A stretch of DNA of 64,000 nucleotides from a virus (IMGVR_UViG_3300028832_000127:1-64000); one strand, 5' to 3'; shown: positions 37,447 to 48,102, numbered from the stretch's first letter. The notes: generated from the sequence alone by a model not told the origin. Numbers and translations: made by a program.

Positions 37447-38151
37447 TTATTCGTTTGATACCGTGAAAGTTCCGCTACTTGCAACGTTGCCGTAGAACTT
37501 GCCGCTCACAGCATCGTACATTCCGCACTCGTCTGCCTGACGCGCTATGCCATTGCCGTCCAAAGATGCGGGTATTGCATGGAGTAGCCGGCAGGGGGTG
37601 AGGTTCATTATTGTAGCGTTGTTTTTAATAAAACGGAAGTAGGCACATTTGACATTATTAGAATCAGCATAAGCAACAAATTCAGAATAGAACAATCGAA
37701 ATTCTTTTGAACCTAACGCTCCCTTAGTTACCTGATGGGAATCCCCATTTATAACTATTGTATTCGATTGTGTGCTGATAGTCACATTAGTGGCTGCGAA
37801 AGGATTAATATTAATCTCAGATGAGTTGTTGGCAACTCGTAGCCCTTGATAATAGTCCACCGTCTTGCCAACCATTGTATTTCTTCCATCATCTGAACCA
37901 GAGCCAAAGCGTCTCCAAAACAGACACTTCCTATCAGACAAGTTATCTACTTGCGTTTCCCAATCTAAGTCTTCATTAAGATTATGCAGTGTGTCAATAT
38001 ACGCTGTCCCATCCCCCATCAGCCACGGGTACGACGCGAAGTCGTCTCCCTCGACGAGCCGCGTGAGTTCCTTGCCGATGCGCACCGTGCTGACATCAAC
38101 GCCGTTGCGGACGATGCGCTTAATCTTGTGTCCGTTGTAGTATATCGACAT
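37447..38151 (-). CDS. Tail-fibre-associated protein
   Basis: GDGTAYIDT...PC...GMYDAVSGKFYGN ends typical of gut-phage tail domains. Confidence 0.6.
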   Translation of the reverse strand: MSIYYNGHKIKRIVRNGVDVSTVRIGKELTRLVEGDDFASYPWLMGDGTAYIDTLHNLNEDLDWETQVDNLSDRKCLFWRRFGSGSDDGRNTMVGKTVDYYQGLRVANNSSEININPFAATNVTISTQSNTIVINGDSHQVTKGALGSKEFRLFYSEFVAYADSNNVKCAYFRFIKNNATIMNLTPCRLLHAIPASLDGNGIARQADECGMYDAVSGKFYGNVASSGTFTVSNE

Positions 38152-38154
38152 AGC

Positions 38155-41100
38155 CTAATAGATGTTATCGTATGTAAAATATACTTGATTCTGCACCACC
38201 GTTCCTGCTGTTTCAAGGTCGGCGTAGTCGTCCTCGGTGATAAGGTTCTGCCCCACCCACTGATTGCAAAGGGTGTTGATGTTAACGCCGACAAGCCGCT
38301 GATTTGTTGCGTCCCACACCATCACCTGTCCGTTGCTAAGGTTGCCGCTCTCATCCCTTGTCGCTATCGGTTCGAGCGTGCCACCTTCATCTCCAATACG
38401 GAATACACCCGATGCGTCTGTGCCGAACAGCAAGTCGTTGCTAAGACCGTCGTAATTCTCGACTTTCGTGCCGCTTAACGAGCCGCTTGCAATTGCCGTC
38501 TGCGCACCGTCGCGTAGCGTGATAAAGTTGTTTTCGGACTTGATGTTTACGATTTCCTCGACCGTCTCCTTGCCTGTAACGTTTAGATTACCGCTGACGG
38601 AGAGGTTGCCCGACACCGAGCCGTTGCCCGTTATCGCCGTGCCGCTTGACGAAACCTCGACCTTGTTGTTTCCGCTCTGTATCTTCGTGTCGGTGTTCTG
38701 CGTGTGCCTTTTCGACACCGCGTCGGCTGCATCTGTTGTCGCAATCGAAGTCGCCGCAACCTTGCCGCTGCTGTTGCTTTCGAGGATTTTCGACGCTGTG
38801 AGGTCTGCGGTCGTGATGCTTGTCGCAGCACCCGTGATTGTCGCTTGTTTGCCTTGTATTGCAGTCTCCGCCGCCGTCATTCGCGTTTCGAGGTCGGAAA
38901 CCGCGCCCTCACTCGACGGCTGCACGTTGATGCGCTGCCAGCCACCCGTGCGAATAACGATGTCGGCTGACGGTGTAATACGCTGCACTCCGCCATTCCA
39001 CAAGTTGCCAATAGGCTGTGACGCCTTGATTACGTGAGGGTATGAATAGTCGGAATAAAACTCGTTGGACACGACATTGTTGCTCATCAGACCCAAAGAA
39101 TAATATTCCACACCGTGTTCGTCGAGCCATACAGACGGATAGCCTTCACCACCCGTCGCCGCCGTGTTTATGATTTCCACGCCGTTGTCAAGTTGCACAG
39201 CGTCCACATCCCATACGTTTTCGGCATATTGATATTGATGATAAATTACATTGACAATCTTGTGCGCGTCGCCGTTTGCGTCTGCCGTGTACGTTCCTAT
39301 CAACTGCTTGCATCCGTCCTCGGTTTGATAACTTGCGGGGTACGTAATATAGTATTTTAGACCGCTGACCATTATTTCTCGCATATCTTGCCGCACCTTG
39401 AAGTCCTTTGTGATTGAAGTTGCGCGGTAAATGTAGCCGCCGTTTGGGTTTGGATAAACGAGAACCTGCTGACCTGCTGGGATAGTTGCGACTACTTCCC
39501 CTGCCGTGTATTGATACACATATCCGTCGGTGTAGTTCGCTGTGGTCGTTCCCCTGTGCTGCACGATTTCGCCATTTGTCGTGCCTTGGTAGGTCGTCAA
39601 GTCAACTTGTTTTAGCGCGTCGGGAACGTTGCCGACCGCTGCGTCAATCGCCGCCTTAATGCCGCCGCTCGTTACGGGGTTGGTGCTTGCCGCCGTCGGT
39701 GTGCTGTCAAAGGTGAGGGTGTCTTGTTTATTTGCTATCGCCGCCACGTTGTCCTCGTGTCCCTTCAACAACTTGCCGATTGCAACGTTCATACTGTCGC
39801 CAATTGCTGGTGCGGAATAGGTCGAAGCCTTGACAAACGCGCTTGTAAGGTTGACGTTTGAGCCGTCGTAGATGTCCACCAAGTCTTTAAGCGACACCCT
39901 GATAACAGACTTGCCGCTGGCTACATTGAACGTGAATTTGAGGTAGGGGACTTCCACCGTTACGCCTTGCTCCGCCGTTGTGTATAGTTGCACGTTGTCG
40001 AGCATACCGTCCACGATGAACTGCGACATATCCACATACGACACCACCGCGCCGCCCTTGCCTTTCAGTTCAAGATGCTGATTTGAGGAGTTGTAGGCGA
40101 TGTCGATGGACGAGCCTATTGCGTCGTTTGTGAGGGTCAGGAAGTTGTCGCCTGATGCCACGCCCGTCGGTGGCTGTGTCGGTGATTGCGTCCACGACTG
40201 CGAGCGGATAATGATGTCAGCCGTTGCCGTTATCATTTGTGTGGTCGCGCCCAAAGCCGTGCCGAGGGGTGCTGTGGCGAGTAGGTAATGCTGCGTTTCT
40301 GCCGCGTTTGTGGCGAAGTCTTTGGAGAGGAGCGTATATTGCGCCCCTGCATAGTATTTCGTGCCGTTTTTGGCGTAAAAGTCGTATATCGCTTGCGTTG
40401 TATGCTGTGTCCCCGAAATCGGCAGCACAACGCCGTTGTCGAGGGTAACGGAATTAATCGTAGTGTCCGTCGCGCTGACGCTTGCTATCTGATGCAAGTC
40501 GCCCTCGCTGTCGGGTACGTAACAGCCAACCAACTTCGATTGCTCCGCCGTCGGCAGCGTGGCGTTTGTGAATATCGTGTAGGTGATGCCCGACACTTCC
40601 GCCGTGTAGTAGGACAGCATCTTTGTTGTCGATGCGTCAACGGTCATGTCAGACACGTACTCCACGCCGTCTTGCATCAATGACACATACCGCGTTCCTT
40701 GCGTTATGGTCTTGACGGTCGCGCCAAGTGCGCATTTGTAGGTGTAGCCGTTGACGAGTTGCGCCGTTGTTGCGCCGTTGTGCATCACAATCTCGTCGTC
40801 CTCGCCCGTGTAGGCGTTGATGTCGCGCTGTTTGAGAGCGTCGGACGTTCCACCGCCACCCTCGTTGTTCTCCAATACTTCAATCCGCCTTTCGTGGTCG
40901 GTCAGGGTATCGGAGAGGTTGGCGATGTCGGAAATTTCGTGTGTGTGCTGTGCCGCCGCCTTGCCGTCGAGTGCTGTTTGCAAACCGTTAACGTCACTTA
41001 TATTATGTGTGTGGCTTGCCGCCGCCTTGCCGTCCAACGTGGTTTGCAAATTGTTGATTTCGGAGATGTTGTGGGTGTGTACTGCCGCAGCCTTGCCGTC

Positions 41101-41487
41101 CAATGCAGCCTTGACACCGCCCGACTTCACGGGATTTGAGGAATTGGCGGTCGGCTCGTTGTCGAATGTCAGCGTGGCTTGCTTGCCGTCGAGTGCGGTC
41201 TGCAACCCGTTAACGTCCGCGATGTTGTGGGTGTGCGCTGCATTTGCCTTGCCGCTCAATGCGGATTGTAATGCGCTGATTGCCGCCTCGTTGTTTCCGC
41301 AGCGTTCCTGCAATGCGCTGATTGCCGCCGAGTAGTCCTCGCCGCTGCCCGTAATCACAGACACCGCTATCTTGACGCTGTTTCCGTTGCTGTCTATGCC
41401 ATAGACGTAAGCACCCGTCACTGACGTTATCGCCGTACACTCCTGCACGAAGACATTAATTTTTTTATATTCTACCGCCGCCGCCAT
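38155..41487 (-). CDS. Long tail fibre protein
   Basis: Repeated GKAAAxHTHxIxDxxxLQTxLD units, duplicated ~220 aa module, trimer-like beta repeats. Confidence 0.85.
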   Translation of the reverse strand: MAAAVEYKKINVFVQECTAITSVTGAYVYGIDSNGNSVKIAVSVITGSGEDYSAAISALQERCGNNEAAISALQSALSGKANAAHTHNIADVNGLQTALDGKQATLTFDNEPTANSSNPVKSGGVKAALDGKAAAVHTHNISEINNLQTTLDGKAAASHTHNISDVNGLQTALDGKAAAQHTHEISDIANLSDTLTDHERRIEVLENNEGGGGTSDALKQRDINAYTGEDDEIVMHNGATTAQLVNGYTYKCALGATVKTITQGTRYVSLMQDGVEYVSDMTVDASTTKMLSYYTAEVSGITYTIFTNATLPTAEQSKLVGCYVPDSEGDLHQIASVSATDTTINSVTLDNGVVLPISGTQHTTQAIYDFYAKNGTKYYAGAQYTLLSKDFATNAAETQHYLLATAPLGTALGATTQMITATADIIIRSQSWTQSPTQPPTGVASGDNFLTLTNDAIGSSIDIAYNSSNQHLELKGKGGAVVSYVDMSQFIVDGMLDNVQLYTTAEQGVTVEVPYLKFTFNVASGKSVIRVSLKDLVDIYDGSNVNLTSAFVKASTYSAPAIGDSMNVAIGKLLKGHEDNVAAIANKQDTLTFDSTPTAASTNPVTSGGIKAAIDAAVGNVPDALKQVDLTTYQGTTNGEIVQHRGTTTANYTDGYVYQYTAGEVVATIPAGQQVLVYPNPNGGYIYRATSITKDFKVRQDMREIMVSGLKYYITYPASYQTEDGCKQLIGTYTADANGDAHKIVNVIYHQYQYAENVWDVDAVQLDNGVEIINTAATGGEGYPSVWLDEHGVEYYSLGLMSNNVVSNEFYSDYSYPHVIKASQPIGNLWNGGVQRITPSADIVIRTGGWQRINVQPSSEGAVSDLETRMTAAETAIQGKQATITGAATSITTADLTASKILESNSSGKVAATSIATTDAADAVSKRHTQNTDTKIQSGNNKVEVSSSGTAITGNGSVSGNLSVSGNLNVTGKETVEEIVNIKSENNFITLRDGAQTAIASGSLSGTKVENYDGLSNDLLFGTDASGVFRIGDEGGTLEPIATRDESGNLSNGQVMVWDATNQRLVGVNINTLCNQWVGQNLITEDDYADLETAGTVVQNQVYFTYDNIY

Positions 41488-41620
41488 TGTTATAGTTATA
41501 AAATTTTAACACATTTTTAATGTTTTGATGTTGCAAATATATAAAAAAATATCTATGTTTGCAACATCTTGTAGTGAAATATTTGTTGTTTTTAAGCCTA
41601 TATTAAGATGTTTGATTGTA

Positions 41621-41650
41621 ACCGCTCTGTCTCACGACGGGGCGGTTTTT
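41621..41650. terminator. Intrinsic terminator-like hairpin
   Basis: ACCGCTCTGTC-TCAC-GACGGGGCGGT followed by a T-run. Confidence 0.6.
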
Positions 41651-42556
41651 TTATTTTGTCAGTGGTGTGCCGCCGTCCGTTGTAAGCACGAACTCCGCCT
41701 CATCGTCCGACAGCACCGCCATAGAGTAGCGGTTCACCACCGTAAAGGTCAGGGTGAAGGCTATGCCCGCGTTTCCGCTGTTTAGTTTCAGGCAGACATC
41801 CTCGCAGGTCGCGGATTTGTAGTAACAATCAATCATTTCCGAGAGAGAGCCGACGAACAGACAGCGCAATTCGGGAGCCACGATGCGGTTAAGCAACGTG
41901 TAATAATTCCTTACGCAGACGGGCATAGATGCCGCACGAATAAGGCATTTTACGCTTATCTCGTTGCTTGCTATCTGAATAGTGCCGCCGCCGTCATACA
42001 CCGCACCATTCTCGCTGTTATCGTCGATTGTAAGGCGTTGTTTGACCTTTCCTTGCTGCCTTATCTTGTCGGTCGTGCCGTCCAAGACGTACACGCCGAA
42101 CTTGTCGAGACCCTCGTCGTCGAGCGTGATGCCGCCGCCGCCAAGATGCCACTGCGGAACAAGGAGCGAATTTGGAGAGTATGGCTCGTCGTCATAGAAC
42201 GATATGCTAAAAGACTGCCATTTTTCGCTTGTGTGTTTCAGGCTGTTACTATCGACACGCAGGACGATAAACACGCCCAAATCGGCAAAATTCCATTCAA
42301 AATTTGCCTTTGTTTCGAGATGCGCCATAAACCGCTCGTAGCCGTCCAAGCCGTTAGCGTGGAAGTTGAGCGTTACGGTGCGTTTTGACAGCGTGGGGTT
42401 GTGCAAGTCCGCCTCTATGTAGTCGTGCTCCGCCCAATCGTTTGTTTTAACCGATTTCAAGGCGGGAAACTGCAAGAGCGACTTGTAACTATCAGGGGCG
42501 AGAATTACCCCCAAGTCCTCCAACGGTGCGCCGTCTATGTATAATTGTGCGCTCAT
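41651..42556 (-). CDS. Putative distal tail / baseplate hub protein
   Basis: Two-domain pattern LYIDGxPLEDLGV...NDW.E...EADL seen in Bacteroides siphophage tail genes. Confidence 0.6.
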   Translation of the reverse strand: MSAQLYIDGAPLEDLGVILAPDSYKSLLQFPALKSVKTNDWAEHDYIEADLHNPTLSKRTVTLNFHANGLDGYERFMAHLETKANFEWNFADLGVFIVLRVDSNSLKHTSEKWQSFSISFYDDEPYSPNSLLVPQWHLGGGGITLDDEGLDKFGVYVLDGTTDKIRQQGKVKQRLTIDDNSENGAVYDGGGTIQIASNEISVKCLIRAASMPVCVRNYYTLLNRIVAPELRCLFVGSLSEMIDCYYKSATCEDVCLKLNSGNAGIAFTLTFTVVNRYSMAVLSDDEAEFVLTTDGGTPLTK

Positions 42557-43291
42557 TTCAGATACTTGTTAAAAAGTTCGTCAATTGTCACCTTTCCCCC
42601 TTTTTCGTACAGCAACAACTTCATTCTGTACGCCTGCGCCTTTGCCGCCACTTTCAGGTTGTGGCGTTTCTGCAAGTCCTTTGCCTGTTCCGCCGCGCTC
42701 ATCAGCCGCTTGTACTCGGCGCGGATGGCTTCAATCTGTGTGTCCTCACTCATTGTCTTTCAGTGATATTAATTGCCTTAATAAACCGTCTGTCATTTCG
42801 CCGTCTGAATAGAACAGCATTTTGAACATCTCGAAGTACACCGCAGCCGCGCCGAGGTGGTAGTTCCTTGCCGCGCCGTCCTCTGTCTGTTCAGACCTCG
42901 CGATGCACTCCGCGTATTCTCGTTTAATGTGGCGTTTTACCGCCGCCATTTTTGTTTTTTCTGATATTGTCATTGCTTGCCAAATAAACGTTTGTAAATT
43001 TCCGAGTATGCCTTTAACAGACAATCCCACTTGTCCGCCGACACGCTGTCGTGTATCGTCTGACTTGCAATCATCAGCCGCTCCGTTTCCTTTATCTGCA
43101 AACGCAAATAAAGTTCTACCTCTCGCATTTTGTCCGCCATTTCATGCCTCCTTTTTTGCCTTGTAATCATTGCAAGATTGTGAGCCGTATTTCCGCGTTT
43201 CCTGATACAAACAAGCATACTTAATTCGCCGACCATCACGGTACGGATAACGGTTCGCGCAACCCTTGCAAATGTCGTTCTTTTTGTTCAT
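42553..43291 (-). CDS. Four small hypothetical genes (42553-42753, 42746-42973, 42970-43140, 43142-43291)
   Basis: Coupled short helical ORFs inserted between two tail genes. Confidence 0.55.
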
Positions 43292-43380
43292 AGTCTTATA
43301 TTTTTTTATCAGTTTTTGGCGTGATGTCTCCAAAATCTCCGAGAAAGCACCAAACCGCCAACCGAAAATGTTATATTTTT

Positions 43381-46300
43381 TTATGATGTAGCATCTTTCA
43401 ATATGAAAATCTGCAAGTCGAAGTCACCGTTGTCGGGCGTTTCGACCGCAAAAGTCCAATTGGAAGACCGCTCGTCCGTGTATCGCGGTCTGTTCACGTC
43501 GTTATAGTGCCAATAGCGGCAGAACGCGGAATACCTCGGCTGACAGACAACAAAGCCGCTGAACAGAGAGAAGGCGTTGTACCAACCGCCGACACCGACC
43601 AAGACGCAGTCATTTTGCGGAGAGCCGACGGCAAGGGTCATGTTTCCGCTGCCGACAACCGCAGAATAGAACGTATCAAACGGCACGTTGCCCTTGTACG
43701 TCTTGTTGTTTTGCGTCATACTTGCGTTCCACCTTACGCGCCTGTTCGCGCTCCTGAGCCAAATGCGCCCCGACCATATCAATGTCGGCACAAGACCCGC
43801 GACGGGTTGCAGGCTAACATATTTCAATTTCTTTACCCCCTCCATGTTTCCGCTAAAATGCGAGAACGAGGGCTGAATGTAGGACGACACGCGGTCGGCT
43901 GCGTCTATGTCGGTGGCAACCTCTATTTTTTGCCTTGCGAACAGCCGACGGCTGTCTATGTCGTAAGCGCGGAAAGAGGTCGTTGAGCGCATCGCCCACG
44001 TCGAGAGGGTCGTATCCATGAAGAACCTGCCCTCAACACCACGGAATAAAAACGAGCCGTCCGCAAAGAACACTATTTTCGCGTCAGTGAGGATTTTTTC
44101 AATGTGGCTGAACACCTCGCCCGTGTTCGGGTCAACATAGTCTATCACGGTCGAAATCGTCAACTTTGCGCGGTTTCCAATCCAAAACCTGACAAGCCGA
44201 CGGTAGAAACCCTCGACTTGCTCGCCGAACAGCACGTTGCCGCCCGTAAATCCGCCGTAGTTGCGGTCGTTTTCCTTGCCGATAACGAGGTCGGACGTCA
44301 GCGCACCGTCTTTTATGTTGATGTTGCCTTGTATGACGTTGTTTACAAGGTCAATAAACGTGTTTGTATCATTGCTTACAATCTGCGACAGCCGAATTTG
44401 GCTGCCTGAAATTTCCACAGACCCAAAGACGTTTGAGTAAGACCGCGAGCCGTTCACCTCAGAGTTCAGGATACCACAAAGGAAATAGTAATATTCAGGC
44501 GTGGACTGCGGCAGGTAGGTGTCCTCCTTGATTTCGACAAGTTCAAAGGATGCGTATATGGTCGAAGGCTTGTACTTTCCTATGTATTGCGAAACGGCGC
44601 GTGTGTCCGCCTTGATGTATAGGTAGTAAGGCGACTGCGGATGCTCGGGGTGCAGCCTTGATGCGCCGTACAATCCCCAATAGGGGAACTCTCCGTCCGT
44701 GAATTGCTTTACCTCGCCGTCATTGCCGCCGCCGTCGGGGTTGGTGTAGTAGCGGTGGCGCAGCACAAAGTCCGTTGCATCCGCACCCTCGCCGTACCTG
44801 AAAGGCAGCACTATGTCGCCGTGCGCCTCATCCCATTGCGGGTTCCACGATTTTACTTCATAGCCGCCGTCGGGGACTTCTCCATCCTCGCCAAGCGTAC
44901 CCGTGATGATACCAAACTGATATTGCAGCGACTTGTCGCCGACAAGCAACTGCATCGTTTGGACGGTCACGGGGGATATTCCGCTTGTCCAATAGTTGTT
45001 AATAGTCTCCCCCCACTCCTGCAACGCCTTCTGCGTTTCCTCTTGGTCTCGGAAACTGCGCCTTTGGGCAAAGTTCATTGCCTCGGCGACCTTTGTGTCG
45101 GTGTAGGTCTGATTTTGCGCGATTTTCTTTAATTCGCTACTGATGCCCTGCGACACGGTGGAGTTCGAGAGCGTCAGTTCGGGCGCGTGGGGGTTCGTAA
45201 GGTAGGTTTTTATGGAGAGTATGCGGAGCAACCGCCCTGCGGAACAGAAGGCGTCGTCCTTGAAGTTGATATAGCCGCCGAGGACAAAATAACGCTCGAT
45301 TTCGTCCCACTTGTTGACGCTCCAAATGGGGTCAACCGTGCCGGAGAACTCGACCTCAACCTCGGAATGTTTGTAAAGGTAGTGGCAAGCCTCCAAAAGA
45401 AGTTCACGCTCCGCCTCCTCGATATACTCATTTGGCAGCATTACGTGAAAAACGGCAAACTCATCGCCGACCTTGGGAACATAACCCGTGCCGCTCTTGC
45501 CGTCCTTGTCGGTCACGATGTTGGGCGGCTCTTGTTGGTCATAGTAAGGCAGGTCGGGCATCGTGATGCCGTCAATCTCGGTGGGTTGTATCAGGAACTT
45601 GTGCGTTGCGGGGTCGTAACATTTGCCGTCGCCCATGTCCGCAAGGTTGAACTCCTTGCCCGCCAACATTCCCGTATTGAATACGATTGTCACCTGTTCG
45701 CCGCCTATAAGATAGTCGTTATAGTTCACCTCGTTGGCATCGGCGAAGATGTCCCAAAAACGGTTTGACATTTCCGCCACCTGTTCGGTGGTCATTGTGG
45801 AGCGGTCGCCCGTGTAGCCGTGCAGATAGACGGACGAGATTGTCAGCACCTTGTGGGGGTAGATGTCGGTGAGGTCGGTGCTGTCCTCATAGCCGTTGTT
45901 TATGTAGTCCTGCGGTCTGCGGTGGATGCCGAAGCCGTCCGCGTCCGTGGTAACAACCATTGAAGTCGCCATTATGCCCTCGCGGACAGAGGGAATGAAA
46001 GCGTCAACCTCAGCCTGAGAATACACCGTGCCTTTTTCGGTCGGCTCGGTCGGTTGCACATAGTAGAACGTGCCACTCCTCGGAAGTCGGAGTTTGTTTG
46101 CGTGGAGCGTCTGCGGTTGTCCTTCTATTACCTTGTCGTAGGTGTAGGTCTGCGCGTTTATGTTGCGGTCGCCGCCCTCGACCCACAGCACGTCAACCGC
46201 TTTTTCTCCGCTGTTTTGGCGCGATACGCCCGTCAAAAAGCCTTTGCCCTTGCCGTACTGCAAAGTGTTTCTGTCTGACTTTATTTTGTTATATTCCGCC

Positions 46301-46836
46301 TTGCGTAGATTGATAGTATAGCCGTCGGTAATCTCCCATTCGGTCTCAAAGAGTTGCGCAATCTGATTTAGCGCGTCCATTAGCGTGTTATGGCTGAAAG
46401 ACGCGGTTTTTTCCGCAGATTGGACGCACTCGCCCACCGTCCACGTATTGCCGCCGTCGCGGTAGTTCATATTGTCCACGATGTGTTGGACGTACTCAAA
46501 GGGCTGCGCAGTCAAGGTGAAGTTCAGCCGACCGTCAACCATATTGCGGAACTTGTATGAGTTTAGGCGTTTTTGCGGTGCTTCAAAGGTCAGGGTGTAG
46601 TCGTACTGCCGCTCGTTTACTTTTGTGACTGCGCCGAGTTCAAGCAGTGTATATTCGCGGCTGTTAAAGGAGATGTGACAGCCAATGGGAAAGTCGTAAA
46701 ACTCCGCCATCGAGAATTGTAGGACAATATTGTCGTCGCCCATAATCTCCTGATAGGAATATGAGCCGTCCGATATTGCGGGCGTTTTTAACACCGTCCG
46801 CTCCTGTCCTCGTCCTGTGTAGATTTCTATCTCCAT
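43381..46836 (-). CDS. Large tail tip / baseplate protein
   Basis: EIMGDDNIVLQF...YDYTL.FE...TRL..YG..RNI pattern of Bacteroides phage tail proteins; 1151 aa. Confidence 0.8.
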   Translation of the reverse strand: MEIEIYTGRGQERTVLKTPAISDGSYSYQEIMGDDNIVLQFSMAEFYDFPIGCHISFNSREYTLLELGAVTKVNERQYDYTLTFEAPQKRLNSYKFRNMVDGRLNFTLTAQPFEYVQHIVDNMNYRDGGNTWTVGECVQSAEKTASFSHNTLMDALNQIAQLFETEWEITDGYTINLRKAEYNKIKSDRNTLQYGKGKGFLTGVSRQNSGEKAVDVLWVEGGDRNINAQTYTYDKVIEGQPQTLHANKLRLPRSGTFYYVQPTEPTEKGTVYSQAEVDAFIPSVREGIMATSMVVTTDADGFGIHRRPQDYINNGYEDSTDLTDIYPHKVLTISSVYLHGYTGDRSTMTTEQVAEMSNRFWDIFADANEVNYNDYLIGGEQVTIVFNTGMLAGKEFNLADMGDGKCYDPATHKFLIQPTEIDGITMPDLPYYDQQEPPNIVTDKDGKSGTGYVPKVGDEFAVFHVMLPNEYIEEAERELLLEACHYLYKHSEVEVEFSGTVDPIWSVNKWDEIERYFVLGGYINFKDDAFCSAGRLLRILSIKTYLTNPHAPELTLSNSTVSQGISSELKKIAQNQTYTDTKVAEAMNFAQRRSFRDQEETQKALQEWGETINNYWTSGISPVTVQTMQLLVGDKSLQYQFGIITGTLGEDGEVPDGGYEVKSWNPQWDEAHGDIVLPFRYGEGADATDFVLRHRYYTNPDGGGNDGEVKQFTDGEFPYWGLYGASRLHPEHPQSPYYLYIKADTRAVSQYIGKYKPSTIYASFELVEIKEDTYLPQSTPEYYYFLCGILNSEVNGSRSYSNVFGSVEISGSQIRLSQIVSNDTNTFIDLVNNVIQGNINIKDGALTSDLVIGKENDRNYGGFTGGNVLFGEQVEGFYRRLVRFWIGNRAKLTISTVIDYVDPNTGEVFSHIEKILTDAKIVFFADGSFLFRGVEGRFFMDTTLSTWAMRSTTSFRAYDIDSRRLFARQKIEVATDIDAADRVSSYIQPSFSHFSGNMEGVKKLKYVSLQPVAGLVPTLIWSGRIWLRSANRRVRWNASMTQNNKTYKGNVPFDTFYSAVVGSGNMTLAVGSPQNDCVLVGVGGWYNAFSLFSGFVVCQPRYSAFCRYWHYNDVNRPRYTDERSSNWTFAVETPDNGDFDLQIFILKDATS

Positions 46837-46837
46837 A

Positions 46838-47347
46838 TTATTTAAGCGTACACGGTTTGATTTCGTGGCATTTGCCCCGATAAACGCACTCTTTTACCAT
46901 AAACTCCGCCATTATGTGGTCGTGGTCTCTCATCTTGTCTTTTACCGCCTCCCACACCTTGCGCGTTTCTGCGTGTGCCTTTCCGCACAGCCTTTTGCGG
47001 CTGATGTTTATGAGTGCCTGCGCGTTGGCGGAGATAAGGAGATTTACGGGCGCGTCTTGCGGCAATTCGGAGCGCGGTGTCTGCGTTGCCGTTCTGTCCT
47101 CCCTCGACGTTGACATATAGTAGTTTACGCCTATGAAGTGGGTGCGGAAGTGGTTCGCAACCCAGTACGGCACACCCACCAGCTCTATGTGGTAGATTTT
47201 CTCGCGTAAGGGCGAATGTTCCGCCATTAGCATCGTGCGCACCCACTCCTCTGTCGCCGAGTTTACGACCGTGGTCTTGCCGACGGTGTAAAGTGCCGCC
47301 TTCTTCACGGTGTCCCAAGTGGTAATATCAGTAATTTTAACTTCCAT
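46838..47347 (-). CDS. ThyX (FAD-dependent thymidylate synthase)-like protein
   Basis: EHSPLRE, VANHFRTH (RHR-like), SREDR and RKRLC; start moved to MEVKITD. Confidence 0.7.
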   Translation of the reverse strand: MEVKITDITTWDTVKKAALYTVGKTTVVNSATEEWVRTMLMAEHSPLREKIYHIELVGVPYWVANHFRTHFIGVNYYMSTSREDRTATQTPRSELPQDAPVNLLISANAQALINISRKRLCGKAHAETRKVWEAVKDKMRDHDHIMAEFMVKECVYRGKCHEIKPCTLK

Positions 47348-47429
47348 AATCTCAAAAATAAAAATGGCGGCGTTGCGACGCTCATTGCTGCCAATGTCTG
47401 CGGTTGATTCCGCCCGCCGCCATCGTGGT

Positions 47430-47609
47430 TTATCTCCGTGGTTCGCCAAACGGCAAAACAACGCCGTTTTTGGGCGTTTTGTCCTGTGCCTCGACCTCTG
47501 CGCCCTTGATGATGAATTGCGCCAATTCCGCCCGCATTTCAGGCGGCAGAGACATAACATCATACAGGACGCCATCCGATGCCTTGACTAATATTTGGAC
47601 TATCTCCAT
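47430..47609 (-). CDS. Small hypothetical protein
   Basis: 59 aa ORF after the holin. Confidence 0.5.
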   Translation of the reverse strand: MEIVQILVKASDGVLYDVMSLPPEMRAELAQFIIKGAEVEAQDKTPKNGVVLPFGEPRR

Positions 47610-47616
47610 AATCAAC

Positions 47617-48069
47617 CTATTTTTTTTCGTCCAACTTCTCGCTGATTGCATCAATCAACGCCTTTGCGTCATTGTCCTTTGCCGCCTTAGCCAAGAACTT
47701 CGCCACCATCTCCATGTTCGCACGTTCCTTGTCCGAGGTGCGCTCATAGATGCTCTTTAATTCTATGATGCACAAGAAAATAGTGCCGACAAAGGAAAAA
47801 AACGGCATCTTTACAACATCAAAGCCGCCCTGCCAAATGCCGACCATTTGCACGGCATCTATGACCGACACGACGAACATCATATTGTAATACTGCCCTA
47901 TTTTCCTGACGGTCTGCCGCAGACCTTTCGACGACCAAATGAAGCCGTCCTTCTTCGCCTTGCGCCACCCCGCCACAAAGTCGGCGATGATTGCAAGGAA
48001 TACTGCCGCATAAAGACCTGCAAATATGATTAAATGCGGCAAAATTACGTTTATAATGTCTCTTATCAT
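47617..48069 (-). CDS. Phage holin (family 4-like)
   Basis: Three hydrophobic helices, ADFVAGWRKA...SSKGLRQTVRK and IELKSIYE. Confidence 0.85.
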   Translation of the reverse strand: MIRDIINVILPHLIIFAGLYAAVFLAIIADFVAGWRKAKKDGFIWSSKGLRQTVRKIGQYYNMMFVVSVIDAVQMVGIWQGGFDVVKMPFFSFVGTIFLCIIELKSIYERTSDKERANMEMVAKFLAKAAKDNDAKALIDAISEKLDEKK

Positions 48070-48102
48070 TGTTTTTGTTGTCTTGGTTGATGAGGCTGTA
48101 AA

